From an uncultured Porphyromonadaceae bacterium (GTDB lineage: Bacteria; Bacteroidota; Bacteroidia; Bacteroidales; Muribaculaceae): a DNA stretch of 64,000 bases. The position numbers and the translations under genes were made by a program. Where the stretch lies: the NCBI GenBank assembly GCA_902468245.1, contig CABQXY010000028.1, positions 412,802-476,801 of the forward strand, in the 5' to 3' direction. Positions 27,137-37,286 of the stretch are shown here, piece after piece. The number at the start of each line of letters is the position of its first letter. Positions within the stretch are counted from its first letter, which is position 1. The notes under the pieces were generated by a model. The model had not been told where the DNA came from, searched no databases, and saw nothing but the letters and a program-made list of their open reading frames with translations.

Positions 27137-29341
27137 ATGATACAGATAGTCGAGAAGCGCGACGGGCGCGTAGTGGGATATAACGAGGAAAAGATCAAGG
27201 CGGCCATACGCAAGGCGATGCTCACCACCGAGCGTGGGGAGGACGAGGCCCTGATCCAGAAAATAGCCGACCGCATCGGCATCGCAGGCAAGCAGCGCAT
27301 GACCGTGGAGGAGATCCAGGACTGCGTAGAGGTCGAACTGATGAAGTCGGCCCGAAAGGACGTGGCCAAAAAGTATATCCAGTACCGCGACCAGCGTTCA
27401 ATAGCACGCAAGGCCCGCACCCGCGATATGTTCCTGGAGATTATCGAGGCCAAGAACAACGACATCACGCGCGAGAACGCCAACATGAACACCGATTCTC
27501 CCGCCGGCATGATGATGAAGTTCGCTTCCGAAAGCACCAAGCCGTTCGTCGACGACTACCTGCTGTCGCCCGACGTGCGCAACGCGGTGCGCGACAATCT
27601 GATTCATATCCACGACAAGGATTATTATCCCACCAAGTCGCTGACCTGCGTGCAGCATCCTCTGGACCGCATACTGCAGCGCGGTTTCGTGGTGGGTCAT
27701 GGCGAGTCCCGTCCCGCCAAACGTATAGAGACCGCTTCCGTATTGGCCTGCATCAGCCTGGAGACCGCACAGAACGAGATGCATGGCGGTCAGGCCATCC
27801 CGGCATTCGATTTCTACCTGGCTCCATTCGTACGCAACTCATATATAGAGGAAATAAAGAATCTGGAGAAACTGACGGGCCGCGACCTGTCGCATCTGCA
27901 GAATTCCGAGATAAAGGATTACCTGAAGGTGGAACTTGACGGCCTGGAGGGTGACGAACGCCTGCGCCAGCACGCCATCAACAAGACCGTGGACCGCGTG
28001 CACCAGTCGATGGAGGCGTTCATACACAACATGAATACCATCCATTCGCGCGGCGGCAATCAGGTGGTGTTCTCCAGCATCAACTACGGCACCGATACCT
28101 CGGCCGAGGGCCGTTGCGTGATCCGCGAGTTGCTGAAGTCCACATACGAGGGCGTCGGCCATGGTTCCACCGCAATCTTCCCTATACAGATATGGAAGAA
28201 AAAGAGGGGAGTGAGCTACCTGCCCGAAGATCCCAACTACGACCTGTATAAATTGGCATGTAAGGTGTCGGCTCGCCGCTTCTTCCCCAACTTCCTGAAC
28301 TTAGACGCTACCTTCAACCGTGACGAGGCCTGGGATGCCAACGACCCGCGCCGCTTCGAGCACGAGGTGGCCACTATGGGATGCCGCACACGTGTGTTCG
28401 AGAACCGTTTCGGCGAAAAGACCTCCATAGGCCGTGGCAACCTGTCGTTCACTACCATCAACATTGTGCGCATCGCCATCGAGCAGATGGGTATCGAGGA
28501 CAAGGAGGAGCGTATCGCCAAATTCTTCGAGCGTCTTGACGAGGTGATGGATCTGACGGCTCGTCAGCTTGACGAGCGCTATCAGTTCCAGAAGACCGCA
28601 TTCGCCAAGCAGTTCCCGTTGCTGATGCGCGTGTTGTGGAATCACACCGAGGGCCTGAAGCCCAACGACAGCATCGAGAGCGTCATCAACCAGGGTACGC
28701 TCGGCATCGGATTCATCGGACTTGCCGAATGTCTGATAGCCTTGACAGGCAAGCATCACGGCGAGAGCGACGAGGCTCAGCAACTCGGCCTCCGCATCGT
28801 AAGCCACATGCGCGAGAAAGTGAACACCTATTCTGAAAACTACCGCCACAACTATTCCGTACTGGCCACGCCCGCCGAGGGACTCTCCGGCCGATTCACC
28901 AAGAAGGACCGCAAGACGTTCGGCGTGATTCCAGGCGTGACGGACAAGGATTACTACACCAACTCCAACCACGTGCCCGTGTACTATCACTGCTCGCCGC
29001 GCCACAAGGCCAAGATCGAGGGTCCATATCACGAGCTGACTTTAGGAGGTCACATCTTCTACGTTGAGATCGACGGTGATGCCACACACAACGAGGAGTC
29101 GATAATGCAGATCGTGGACATGATGGACCAATACAATATCGGTTACGGATCGGTGAACCACAACCGCAACCACTGTCCCAACTGCGGCTACGAGAACGCG
29201 GAGAAGGACGAGACATGCTGTCCGAAGTGCGGCGCGCGTTTCGAGACCATCCAGCGTATCACCGGCTACCTGGTGGGTACCACCGACCGCTGGAACAGCG
29301 GCAAGCTCGCCGAACTGAAAGACCGCGTGGTTCACAAATAA
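27137..29341 (+). CDS. nrdD: anaerobic ribonucleoside-triphosphate reductase (class III RNR)
   Basis: 734 aa; N-terminal ATP-cone, C-terminal Zn-ribbon CPNCG...CCPKCG and glycyl-radical region. Confidence 0.9.
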   Translation: MIQIVEKRDGRVVGYNEEKIKAAIRKAMLTTERGEDEALIQKIADRIGIAGKQRMTVEEIQDCVEVELMKSARKDVAKKYIQYRDQRSIARKARTRDMFLEIIEAKNNDITRENANMNTDSPAGMMMKFASESTKPFVDDYLLSPDVRNAVRDNLIHIHDKDYYPTKSLTCVQHPLDRILQRGFVVGHGESRPAKRIETASVLACISLETAQNEMHGGQAIPAFDFYLAPFVRNSYIEEIKNLEKLTGRDLSHLQNSEIKDYLKVELDGLEGDERLRQHAINKTVDRVHQSMEAFIHNMNTIHSRGGNQVVFSSINYGTDTSAEGRCVIRELLKSTYEGVGHGSTAIFPIQIWKKKRGVSYLPEDPNYDLYKLACKVSARRFFPNFLNLDATFNRDEAWDANDPRRFEHEVATMGCRTRVFENRFGEKTSIGRGNLSFTTINIVRIAIEQMGIEDKEERIAKFFERLDEVMDLTARQLDERYQFQKTAFAKQFPLLMRVLWNHTEGLKPNDSIESVINQGTLGIGFIGLAECLIALTGKHHGESDEAQQLGLRIVSHMREKVNTYSENYRHNYSVLATPAEGLSGRFTKKDRKTFGVIPGVTDKDYYTNSNHVPVYYHCSPRHKAKIEGPYHELTLGGHIFYVEIDGDATHNEESIMQIVDMMDQYNIGYGSVNHNRNHCPNCGYENAEKDETCCPKCGARFETIQRITGYLVGTTDRWNSGKLAELKDRVVHK

Positions 29342-29379
29342 ATTAATGACCACGCACATATCGACTGCGTGGCGCAGAT

Positions 29380-29901
29380 ATGACAAACGAACTGACTGAC
29401 AATGATAACGAACGTCGGCTACGTGTCCTGGACATAGTCCGGGGCACGACCGTCGACGGTCCCGGTTTCAGGACCAGTATCTATCTGGCCGGATGCCGAC
29501 ACGCCTGTCCCGGCTGCCATAATCCCGAGTCGTGGAGCTTCGACGGAGGCGAGGAAATGACAGTGGCGCAGATCATGGACGTGGTGCGCGAGGAGGACTT
29601 CGACGTCACCTTCAGCGGCGGCGACCCCATGTATCATTCCGAGGAAGTGAAAATAATAGCACGTAAAGTGCACGATATGGGCCACACTGTATGGCTCTAC
29701 ACCGGATTCACGTGGGACGAACTGCAAAAAAATCCTGTCCTGACACAGGTTTTAAGGGAAATTGACGTTATAGTAGATGGGCCGTTCATCCAGGCTCTCA
29801 AGGAGAGGGACCTGTTGTTCCGGGGCAGTTCCAACCAGCGCATCATAGACGTGGCGCGCAGCCTGGAGTCAGGCGAGGTAGTGGAATGGCGTCGGGAATA
29901 A
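29380..29901 (+). CDS. nrdG: anaerobic ribonucleotide reductase activating protein (radical SAM)
   Basis: 173 aa; CRHACPGCHNPESW cluster. Confidence 0.85.
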   Translation: MTNELTDNDNERRLRVLDIVRGTTVDGPGFRTSIYLAGCRHACPGCHNPESWSFDGGEEMTVAQIMDVVREEDFDVTFSGGDPMYHSEEVKIIARKVHDMGHTVWLYTGFTWDELQKNPVLTQVLREIDVIVDGPFIQALKERDLLFRGSSNQRIIDVARSLESGEVVEWRRE

Positions 29902-29922
29902 AACGAGTGGCGGTATGAAGCT

Positions 29923-31512
29923 ATGATAGAAGATATACAATTGCGGGTCACACCCGAGACGGCAGGGAATCCTGGATTGCTTCGGAAAGCGATTCAGGAT
30001 AACGTGCGTAATAAGGGGAGCGTGAACGACTACCGGATAGTGCGCCGCAGCATCGACGCACGCAAACGTCAGGTCATGATCAACCTGACTGTTCGCGTGG
30101 CCACGGGCGATGACAAGGAAGTCAAGGCTCCCTATACACCCGTGACATTCGAGCCGGTCGCGCCAGATGCCAAAACGATGGTGATAATCGGCGCCGGACC
30201 TGCAGGATTGTTCGCAGCGCTTGAGGCGTTGCGTCACGGCATACGCCCCGTAGTATTAGAGCGCGGCGAGGACGTGGACTCGCGCCGCGTGGCCCTGGCC
30301 GAGATAAGCAGACAGAAAAAGATAAACCCGCAGTCTAACTATTGCTTTGGCGAGGGAGGTGCCGGCGCATACAGCGACGGCAAGCTTTTCACGCGCAGCA
30401 AGAAGCGCGGCAACGTACAGCAGGTGCTGGAGCTTTTGGTGCAGCATGGCGCGTCGGAAAATATTCTGATTGACGTTCATGCCCACATCGGCAGCGACAA
30501 ACTTCCGCACGTCATCAAGGAGATCCGCAACACGATAATCAATAACGGCGGCGATGTACGTTTCCGCACGCAGGCCACCGGCCTTGACATAAAGGAGGGC
30601 CGAGCTGTGGCCGTGGAGCTGGCCGACGGCAGAAAGATAGCCTGTGACGCCGTGGTGGTAGCTACGGGTCATTCGGCCCATGACACGTTCCGAGCCCTGC
30701 ACGCACAAGGCATGACTATGGAGCCGAAAGGGATTGCCGTAGGTGTGCGCCTGGAGCATCCGCAGGAACTGATAGACCGAATACAATACCACAATCCGAA
30801 GGGGAGGGGCAAATGGTTGCCTCCTGCCGAATATTCGTTTGTGACGCAGAGCGATGGTCGCGGCGTGTACTCTTTCTGTATGTGTCCCGGCGGCGTCATA
30901 GTTCCGGCCGGTACGGCAGACGGGGAGTTGGTGGTTAACGGCATGTCGGCATCGGCGCGGAGCGGTCGCCTGGCCAATTCCGGAATGGTGGTGGAAATAC
31001 GCCCCGGAGACTTCCCGGAATTTGAGGAGGCCGGCGCGTTGCAGATGCTGGAGCTTCAGGAGCGTTTAGAGCATGATATGTTTACAGCCGCAGGCAACAG
31101 CATCGTGGCCCCGGCCCAACGCATGACGGACTTTGTAGACGGCAAGGTGTCGGCCACATTGCCGGCTACGTCATACGCGCCCGGCATTCAGAGCAAGGAT
31201 TTCAACACCATCCTGCCTCCATTTATATCCCGGCGGTTGGCCGACGGTTTCCGCGATTTCGGCCGCAAGGCCAAGGGTTTCATGACGCCGGAGGGCGTGA
31301 TGATTGGTCTGGAATCGCGCACAAGTTCGCCTATACGCATGACACGCGACCCCGAGCGTCTGAATAGCGTGGGACTCGACAACGTATATCCCGCCGGCGA
31401 GGGGGCAGGTTATGCCGGAGGCATCGTCTCCGCAGCCCTCGATGGTATGAAATGCGCGGCTGCGTACGCGGCTGCGCCGAGTTTACAGAGTTTAGAAAGT
31501 TTAAAAAGTTAA
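29923..31512 (+). CDS. NAD(P)/FAD-dependent oxidoreductase (COG2509-type uncharacterized FAD-dependent dehydrogenase)
   Basis: 529 aa; Rossmann GAGPAGLFAA; C-terminal GEGAGYAGGI. Confidence 0.7.
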   Translation: MIEDIQLRVTPETAGNPGLLRKAIQDNVRNKGSVNDYRIVRRSIDARKRQVMINLTVRVATGDDKEVKAPYTPVTFEPVAPDAKTMVIIGAGPAGLFAALEALRHGIRPVVLERGEDVDSRRVALAEISRQKKINPQSNYCFGEGGAGAYSDGKLFTRSKKRGNVQQVLELLVQHGASENILIDVHAHIGSDKLPHVIKEIRNTIINNGGDVRFRTQATGLDIKEGRAVAVELADGRKIACDAVVVATGHSAHDTFRALHAQGMTMEPKGIAVGVRLEHPQELIDRIQYHNPKGRGKWLPPAEYSFVTQSDGRGVYSFCMCPGGVIVPAGTADGELVVNGMSASARSGRLANSGMVVEIRPGDFPEFEEAGALQMLELQERLEHDMFTAAGNSIVAPAQRMTDFVDGKVSATLPATSYAPGIQSKDFNTILPPFISRRLADGFRDFGRKAKGFMTPEGVMIGLESRTSSPIRMTRDPERLNSVGLDNVYPAGEGAGYAGGIVSAALDGMKCAAAYAAAPSLQSLESLKS

Positions 31513-31593
31513 GATAATGGTACAGACATTCGCAAGACTTCACATTCCTCTTAACTTTTTCAACTATTTCAACTTTATCAACTTTAAAGAAAT

Positions 31594-32304
31594 ATGGCAA
31601 CAATACTCAATATAGAATCATCGCAGAGCGCCAGCAGCGTTGCGCTTAGCGTTGACGGCAATGTGGAATGGAGCGCGGTGGAGCGCGAGGCCATGCATCA
31701 GGCCACGGACCTGGCGCCATTCGTGGCACAGGCCATGGAGGAAGTGACGCGCAAGGAACTTAAGATAGACGCCGTGGCGGTCAGCACCGGCCCCGGCTCG
31801 TATACCGGCCTGCGCATCGGTATGTCGCTGGCCAAAGGGCTGGCGTTCGGTCTCGACGTGCCTCTGATCGGCGTGGAGACACTGAAGCTGATAGCCGTCA
31901 AGGCCATGTTCCGCAACCTCAACTTCACGGGCGAGGAAATATTGGTGCCGATGGTCGCCCCCCGCCGCATGGAGGTCTACACCGCCGCATACGATTTCAG
32001 GCTTGACGCGCTGATTCCGCCGAAGGCCATGATTATAACAGAGGATTCGTTCAAGGAGCTGCCACAGGACCGCCAGATATGGTTCATGGGCGACGGCGCG
32101 GCCAAGACCAAGGATGTAATAAAGCTGCCAAACGCACACTGGATGGACGATGTGCTGCCGATGGCGTTCGATATGGTGGCTTTGGCTGAAAAAAGTTTCC
32201 GCGAAAAGGATTTTCTTGACCTGGCGTATTCCGTGCCGTTCTATATCAAGGACTACGAGGCCGTACACGGCGAGAATCCGTTGAAACAGCTGTTGGGCTG
32301 CTAA
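31594..32304 (+). CDS. tsaB: tRNA threonylcarbamoyladenosine biosynthesis protein TsaB
   Basis: 236 aa; ILNIESSQSASSVAL...GPGSYTGLRIG motifs of the Kae1/YeaZ family lacking metal site. Confidence 0.75.
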   Translation: MATILNIESSQSASSVALSVDGNVEWSAVEREAMHQATDLAPFVAQAMEEVTRKELKIDAVAVSTGPGSYTGLRIGMSLAKGLAFGLDVPLIGVETLKLIAVKAMFRNLNFTGEEILVPMVAPRRMEVYTAAYDFRLDALIPPKAMIITEDSFKELPQDRQIWFMGDGAAKTKDVIKLPNAHWMDDVLPMAFDMVALAEKSFREKDFLDLAYSVPFYIKDYEAVHGENPLKQLLGC

Positions 32305-32316
32305 CCTAATCATACC

Positions 32317-33180
32317 ATGGAAAAGAAAGAGGAAGTAAGTTTCCGGCGCAAACCGGAATGGCTTAAGATAAAGTTGCCGCGGGGCTTCAAGGCCAGTCAG
32401 GTGGTGGAAATGCTCAACGAGCGTCATATCCACACCATCTGTTCCAGCGGCATGTGTCCGAACCGTGCCGAATGCTGGGGCAACGGCACCGCAACCTTCA
32501 TGTTGTGCGGCGCCGTGTGTACGCGCAACTGCCGTTTCTGTAACGTTACAGGCGGCAAGCCCGGTCCCCTTGACCCGCAGGAGATAGAGGACATAGTGCG
32601 TAGCGTAAAGGAACTTAAGCTGAAGCATGTGGTAATCACGTCCGTTACGCGCGACGACCTGCCCGACGGGGGCGCCAGTCACTGGGCCGCGATGATTCGC
32701 CGTCTGCATGAGGAATGTCCCGGCGTGACGATGGAGGTTCTGATTCCCGACATGCAGGGCCGGACCGACCTGCTGGACATAATATTGGACGAGCATCCCG
32801 ACGTGATATCTCATAACCTTGAGACTGTGCGCCGCCTCACACCCGAGGTGCGTCGGGTGGCCACCTACGACCGTTCGCTGCAGGTACTGAAGTATCTGGC
32901 CGATAAAGGCGCAAACACCAAGAGCGGCATCATGCTTGGCTTGGGCGAGACCGAGGAGGAGGTGCTTCTGGCTATGGATGATCTGCGCGCCGTAGGATGC
33001 AGGATAATGACCATCGGCCAGTATCTGCAGCCCTCCAAGCTGCATTATCCGGTGCAGGACTATATTCATCCCGACAAGTTCGAGGAATACCGGCTGAAAG
33101 GAATAGAGAAAGGGTTCGCCCATATTGAGTCGGCTCCTATGGTGCGCAGCAGTTACCACGCTGAGAAACATATAAGATGA
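32317..33180 (+). CDS. lipA: lipoyl synthase
   Basis: 287 aa; auxiliary and radical SAM clusters ...CPNRAEC... and CTRNCRFCNV. Confidence 0.9.
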   Translation: MEKKEEVSFRRKPEWLKIKLPRGFKASQVVEMLNERHIHTICSSGMCPNRAECWGNGTATFMLCGAVCTRNCRFCNVTGGKPGPLDPQEIEDIVRSVKELKLKHVVITSVTRDDLPDGGASHWAAMIRRLHEECPGVTMEVLIPDMQGRTDLLDIILDEHPDVISHNLETVRRLTPEVRRVATYDRSLQVLKYLADKGANTKSGIMLGLGETEEEVLLAMDDLRAVGCRIMTIGQYLQPSKLHYPVQDYIHPDKFEEYRLKGIEKGFAHIESAPMVRSSYHAEKHIR

Positions 33181-33806
33181 AAATCGAATACTGGGGCCTG
33201 ATACCCTACCGCGATGCGTGGGAGAGACAGAAGGAACTGTTTCGGCGGCTGATAGAAGGTGATGCAGAAGCGGAGACAATAGCCGTGTGCGAGCATCCGG
33301 CCGTCTACACGTTGGGATTTCACGGCAATGCGGACAACCTGCTGGTAAAGCCGCGCGAGGGGGTGGAGGTGATACGCATAGAGCGAGGCGGCGACATCAC
33401 ATATCACGGTCCCGGCCAGTTGGTGGTGTATCCGCTGATAGACTTGCGGCGTCATCATCTTGGCGTGAAGCAATATGTGGGGATACTGGAGCGGGCCGTA
33501 CGCGAGACTTTGGAGGCGTACGGCATAGCCACGACCAGCAACGACGACCAGATAGGGGTGTGGCTGGACTGGGGCAAGCCCACTGCGCGTAAGATATGCG
33601 CCATAGGCGTGAAGATAAGCCACGGCGCGACTATGCACGGCCTGGCTCTGAACGTGAATACCGACCTCGGCGCATTCGGGCTGATCAATCCCTGCGGTAT
33701 CACCGATAAGGCGGTCACGTCAATGCAGAGGGAACTGGGACGCGAGGTGGAGATGGGGGCAGTAGCAGAGCTACTGACAGAACGGCTCCGCGACCTGCTT
33801 GAATAG
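33177..33806 (+). CDS. lipB: lipoyl(octanoyl) transferase
   Basis: 209 aa; RGGDITYHGPGQ motif; overlaps lipA stop by 4 nt. Confidence 0.85.
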   Translation: MKIEYWGLIPYRDAWERQKELFRRLIEGDAEAETIAVCEHPAVYTLGFHGNADNLLVKPREGVEVIRIERGGDITYHGPGQLVVYPLIDLRRHHLGVKQYVGILERAVRETLEAYGIATTSNDDQIGVWLDWGKPTARKICAIGVKISHGATMHGLALNVNTDLGAFGLINPCGITDKAVTSMQRELGREVEMGAVAELLTERLRDLLE

Positions 33807-33845
33807 CAGCGTAGCGCGGAGTGCCTACGCCATTAAAATAATATT

Positions 33846-33877
33846 AGAGCGCATCTGCCGGGTGGCGGATGCGCTCT
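33846..33877. terminator. hairpin terminator between convergent lipB and GH30 genes
   Basis: AGAGCGCATC-12 nt-GATGCGCTCT 10-bp stem; A/T-rich flank on minus side. Confidence 0.5.
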
Positions 33878-33901
33878 GTCAATATAAGGATCAGTCGGGA
33901 T

Positions 33902-35584
33902 TTACTCAAAGGTATAGACTATGGTAGTTACGGAGGCCGGCTCCAGGAAGACCTTGTCGGCTACGTTGAAACGGTCCTCCTCCAGATGGCGCGTGGCCGT
34001 GGTTGTGTAGCGTGTCACGGTCGCCGGCGTCTTGCCGTTGTCGAAACTGTTGGTCAATGTCACGCCTTTCTCCTTGTCATAGTTGGTATATACGGCCACG
34101 ACGGTCTTGCCGTCGGGCGATACGTATGCAGTGCCGAAGAAGTCCTTGTTTTCATTGGCCTTCAGACCGACGCGTATATAGCCCGGGCGGATGAAGCGGC
34201 TGTAATTGCCCAATACCCAGAGGTTGTGCGTGGCATCGACGTTGCCGCCGCCGGTGAAGTCGTTGGAATAGTTGCCGCCGCTCGGTGTGGTCTTGATCAG
34301 CTCGAAGCGGTTCTTCTGATCGTAACGCTCCACAGACATCGCCGTCCAGTAGCACCACGACGTGCATCCTGCCATAACGATATCATTGTGGATGACGCGG
34401 CTCATGTACTGGGCAATGTCGAATTCCGATACATCGCCATAGGAACCGCCCAGTTCCGAAGGCTCCTTGTCGAGCATGGACCATTCCGTCTGCCATACGC
34501 GCAGGCCTTTCGGAGCGGCTGCGTCGGCCACCTTTTTACGTACGTCGCGCATGTGGTTCCAGTTGTCGAACGTCCAGTATGAATGTCCGGCCACAACCTT
34601 GTCGACGCTACTCAGGTCGCCGATATAGTTTTCAGACGCCGGGTCGAACAGTTCCTGGATCTGGCTGGTGCGGCCACGGTTGTTGTTGTCGTACTCATAC
34701 AGATAGTTCCAGGCTGCGGCCTCAGGCACGAGGATCTTTGTGGAGATACCTTTATCCTTGAAAGCCTTGTCCATCTCCACGGCCAGCTGCTTGATCTGAC
34801 GGTTGAGCCATCCGGAACCCTCCTGCGAGTTGCCGTCCCAGTTATACTGCGGTTCGTTGACAGGGGAGACGTGCGTCACGTTGTATCCCTGGCCGATGAA
34901 ATGCTCGGCCACCGTGGCCATATAGCCGGCGAAATCGTCGTAGCAGTCCTCCTTCAGGTTTGCCTCCCAGCGGGAGTCGGAACGTCCCTGTCCGTTGAGT
35001 GTCCACTGCACTAAGGGGGAGTTGCTGAACAGCACGAAACTCTCCACGCCCATCTGCTTGGCCTGGTCCATGAAGTAGCGCTGTCCGGCGCACTTGTCCC
35101 AGTTGTAGGAGCCGTTAACAAGGAATGCTTCGGCACGGTTATTGGCGTTGTCCTGGTTGATGCCAGAAGCATCGCCTGCCTCGAAAGTACCGGCGCCGAG
35201 GTTGACGCGCCACATCGAGAGTCCGATGCCGTCGGGCTTCCCTTTGGAGATACGCTGCGAGAACAGCCATGTGGCCAGTTGCTGACGGTTGCCCGTCCAG
35301 TATTGGCCAATCCAGTTGGGAAGCCAGCAATCGGAGGCACCGAAGCCCTCCATGACCTGACGCGTGTCGGCGGTGTTGACCACCGTGTTCTGCGACGTGC
35401 ACGTGAATCCGGGTTTAGGCGACACTATGTCGCCGCCGGGCGTAGGATCGGGAGTGTCAGGCTCGTCGCCGCCACTGCCCACCGGGCGTTTCGTGGAAAC
35501 GCCGGTGGGTTTTTCATCGCATGATATCAGTGCAGGCATACATGCCGCAGCCATGCACAGTAATAGAATCTTACTTAGTCTCAT
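33902..35584 (-). CDS. clan GH-A glycoside hydrolase, probably family 30, lipoprotein (start set at Met giving MRLSKILLLCMAAACMPALISC)
   Basis: NEPQY acid/base motif and TEW nucleophile region; ORF track start 35635 overlaps susD, internal Met at 35584 gives a lipoprotein signal abutting the susD stop. Confidence 0.6.
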   Translation of the reverse strand: MRLSKILLLCMAAACMPALISCDEKPTGVSTKRPVGSGGDEPDTPDPTPGGDIVSPKPGFTCTSQNTVVNTADTRQVMEGFGASDCWLPNWIGQYWTGNRQQLATWLFSQRISKGKPDGIGLSMWRVNLGAGTFEAGDASGINQDNANNRAEAFLVNGSYNWDKCAGQRYFMDQAKQMGVESFVLFSNSPLVQWTLNGQGRSDSRWEANLKEDCYDDFAGYMATVAEHFIGQGYNVTHVSPVNEPQYNWDGNSQEGSGWLNRQIKQLAVEMDKAFKDKGISTKILVPEAAAWNYLYEYDNNNRGRTSQIQELFDPASENYIGDLSSVDKVVAGHSYWTFDNWNHMRDVRKKVADAAAPKGLRVWQTEWSMLDKEPSELGGSYGDVSEFDIAQYMSRVIHNDIVMAGCTSWCYWTAMSVERYDQKNRFELIKTTPSGGNYSNDFTGGGNVDATHNLWVLGNYSRFIRPGYIRVGLKANENKDFFGTAYVSPDGKTVVAVYTNYDKEKGVTLTNSFDNGKTPATVTRYTTTATRHLEEDRFNVADKVFLEPASVTTIVYTFE

Positions 35585-35585
35585 A

Positions 35586-37274
35586 TTAGAATCCTGGGTT
35601 CTGTTCGATAGCACCGTTGGAGTGCTGGATTTCATACTGAGGAATAGGCCAGAGGAGGTCGCGGCTTTCCGAGAAGCGGGTACCCTTGTCGGAGGGTTCG
35701 CCCTGGTTGTTCTTCTCGTACATATCGGCGTCGGCGCCGGTGTTGTACTTCACGAACGAGCCGTCGGGTCCGAACAGTTCGGCCATGACCGATTTGCCAC
35801 TGTCGCCCTTCCAGCGGCGTATGTCGTAAAGTCGGCACTGCTCGAAGGCCAGCTCCAGACGGCGCTCCAGACGGATGGCGTCGCGCAGGGCGTTACCGCT
35901 GGATGTTACATCGGGCAGGTTGACGCGGGTGCGCACACGGTTCAGGGCCGTGCGTGCGTTGCCCTCGTCGCCCGTGGCCTGACAAGCCTCGGCATACATC
36001 AGGAGCACGTCGGCGAAACGCAGGATGCGGTGGTTCAACGGAATCTTGCAGATGTTGTACACCTCGGGACGCTGTGACAGAGGTACGAAATACTTGCGGA
36101 TGATACGTGCCGACTTATGCTGCGACGGCTTGATGAGATAGCGGGTTGTCATGTAATCGTCGGTCCATCCGAACAGTTTCTTACAGTCCTGGAACTCGGA
36201 ATTCGTCACACCGCCCTGATAGGAGTCCTTGGTGGTATTGTTCTGGATGAATTTGTCGAACTGATCCTCACCTGCGATTTCGGTGCAACCGGTCTTGATG
36301 ATGGTCCAGCGGAGACGCTCGGTGTCGCCTGCTGCGATGTAGGCATTCTCTAGGTCGGAAGTGGGCTGACCCCACGACCATCCGTCTCCGACGCCGTTAC
36401 GGCAGCCTGTCATTACGGTAAGCGAGCCTCCTAAGTTGTAGAGGTCGCCGCCGTATGCCTGCTGCACCTCGAACAGAGATTCCACTGAGTTGTTGTAAGC
36501 CATATCCCACACCTGACCGAATTCGGGCAGCAGGTCGTACTGCTTCTCGTCGATGACAGTGCCGAGAGTCGACTTCGCCTCGGCCATCTTGCCGTGATAG
36601 AGCTGAACCTTGCCTAAAAGGCCCAGGGCTGCGCCACGGGTGGCACGACCGAGGTCGGCGGCCGCATATTCACTGCGCTGGGGCAGGATTGCGGCGACAT
36701 CGGCGAATTCCTTCTCGCAGAAGTCATACACCTCGTCGAGAGTGCTGCGGCCTATGCCTGCAGTATTGTCGAGGGGCTCAAGAATGAGGGGAACGCCACC
36801 GAAGTTGCGGGCCAGATCGAAATAGTAGAAAGCGCGGAGGAAACGCACCTCGGCCAGACGCTGGTTGCGAAGCTCCTCGTTCATCGAAGCACCGGGAATA
36901 CGGGCGATTGCCTCGTTGCATGTATGGATGCCCTGATAGCGTGCGCCCCAGAAGTTCTGGATTATACCGTTGGAGGCGGCGTTGGGCATGAAGTGTGTGA
37001 TGTCCTGATAGCCGTCGTCCTGAGTGGTGTTGCCGTCCCACAGGTCATCGGTGGTCATGTCAGACATCAGCCATGCATTAGTGATCTGCCACCAGTCCAT
37101 CTTGGTCAGCTCGAAGTAGCAGCCTGCCACGAAGGCGTTGACTTCTTCCTCGTTCTGGAAATAGGTGTCAAGGTTCTCCTGTCCGCGCACATCCGCGGTC
37201 AGGAAGTCGTCGCACGATGTCGTCGACACAGCCAGCGCCATCAATGCTCCGTATAATAAATATGATTTTTTCAT
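35586..37274 (-). CDS. susD: RagB/SusD family nutrient-binding outer membrane lipoprotein
   Basis: 562 aa; lipoprotein signal (TSCDD), SusD-like TPR region, immediately downstream of SusC. Confidence 0.85.
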   Translation of the reverse strand: MKKSYLLYGALMALAVSTTSCDDFLTADVRGQENLDTYFQNEEEVNAFVAGCYFELTKMDWWQITNAWLMSDMTTDDLWDGNTTQDDGYQDITHFMPNAASNGIIQNFWGARYQGIHTCNEAIARIPGASMNEELRNQRLAEVRFLRAFYYFDLARNFGGVPLILEPLDNTAGIGRSTLDEVYDFCEKEFADVAAILPQRSEYAAADLGRATRGAALGLLGKVQLYHGKMAEAKSTLGTVIDEKQYDLLPEFGQVWDMAYNNSVESLFEVQQAYGGDLYNLGGSLTVMTGCRNGVGDGWSWGQPTSDLENAYIAAGDTERLRWTIIKTGCTEIAGEDQFDKFIQNNTTKDSYQGGVTNSEFQDCKKLFGWTDDYMTTRYLIKPSQHKSARIIRKYFVPLSQRPEVYNICKIPLNHRILRFADVLLMYAEACQATGDEGNARTALNRVRTRVNLPDVTSSGNALRDAIRLERRLELAFEQCRLYDIRRWKGDSGKSVMAELFGPDGSFVKYNTGADADMYEKNNQGEPSDKGTRFSESRDLLWPIPQYEIQHSNGAIEQNPGF

Positions 37275-37286
37275 GATCTTCTATGA

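Noticed and set aside
31618-33279. 553-aa minus-strand ORF spanning tsaB, lipA and lipB
   Set aside because: Same antisense-frame artefact. It crosses three well-supported genes with clear catalytic motifs (lipA Fe-S clusters, lipB RGGDITYHGPGQ).
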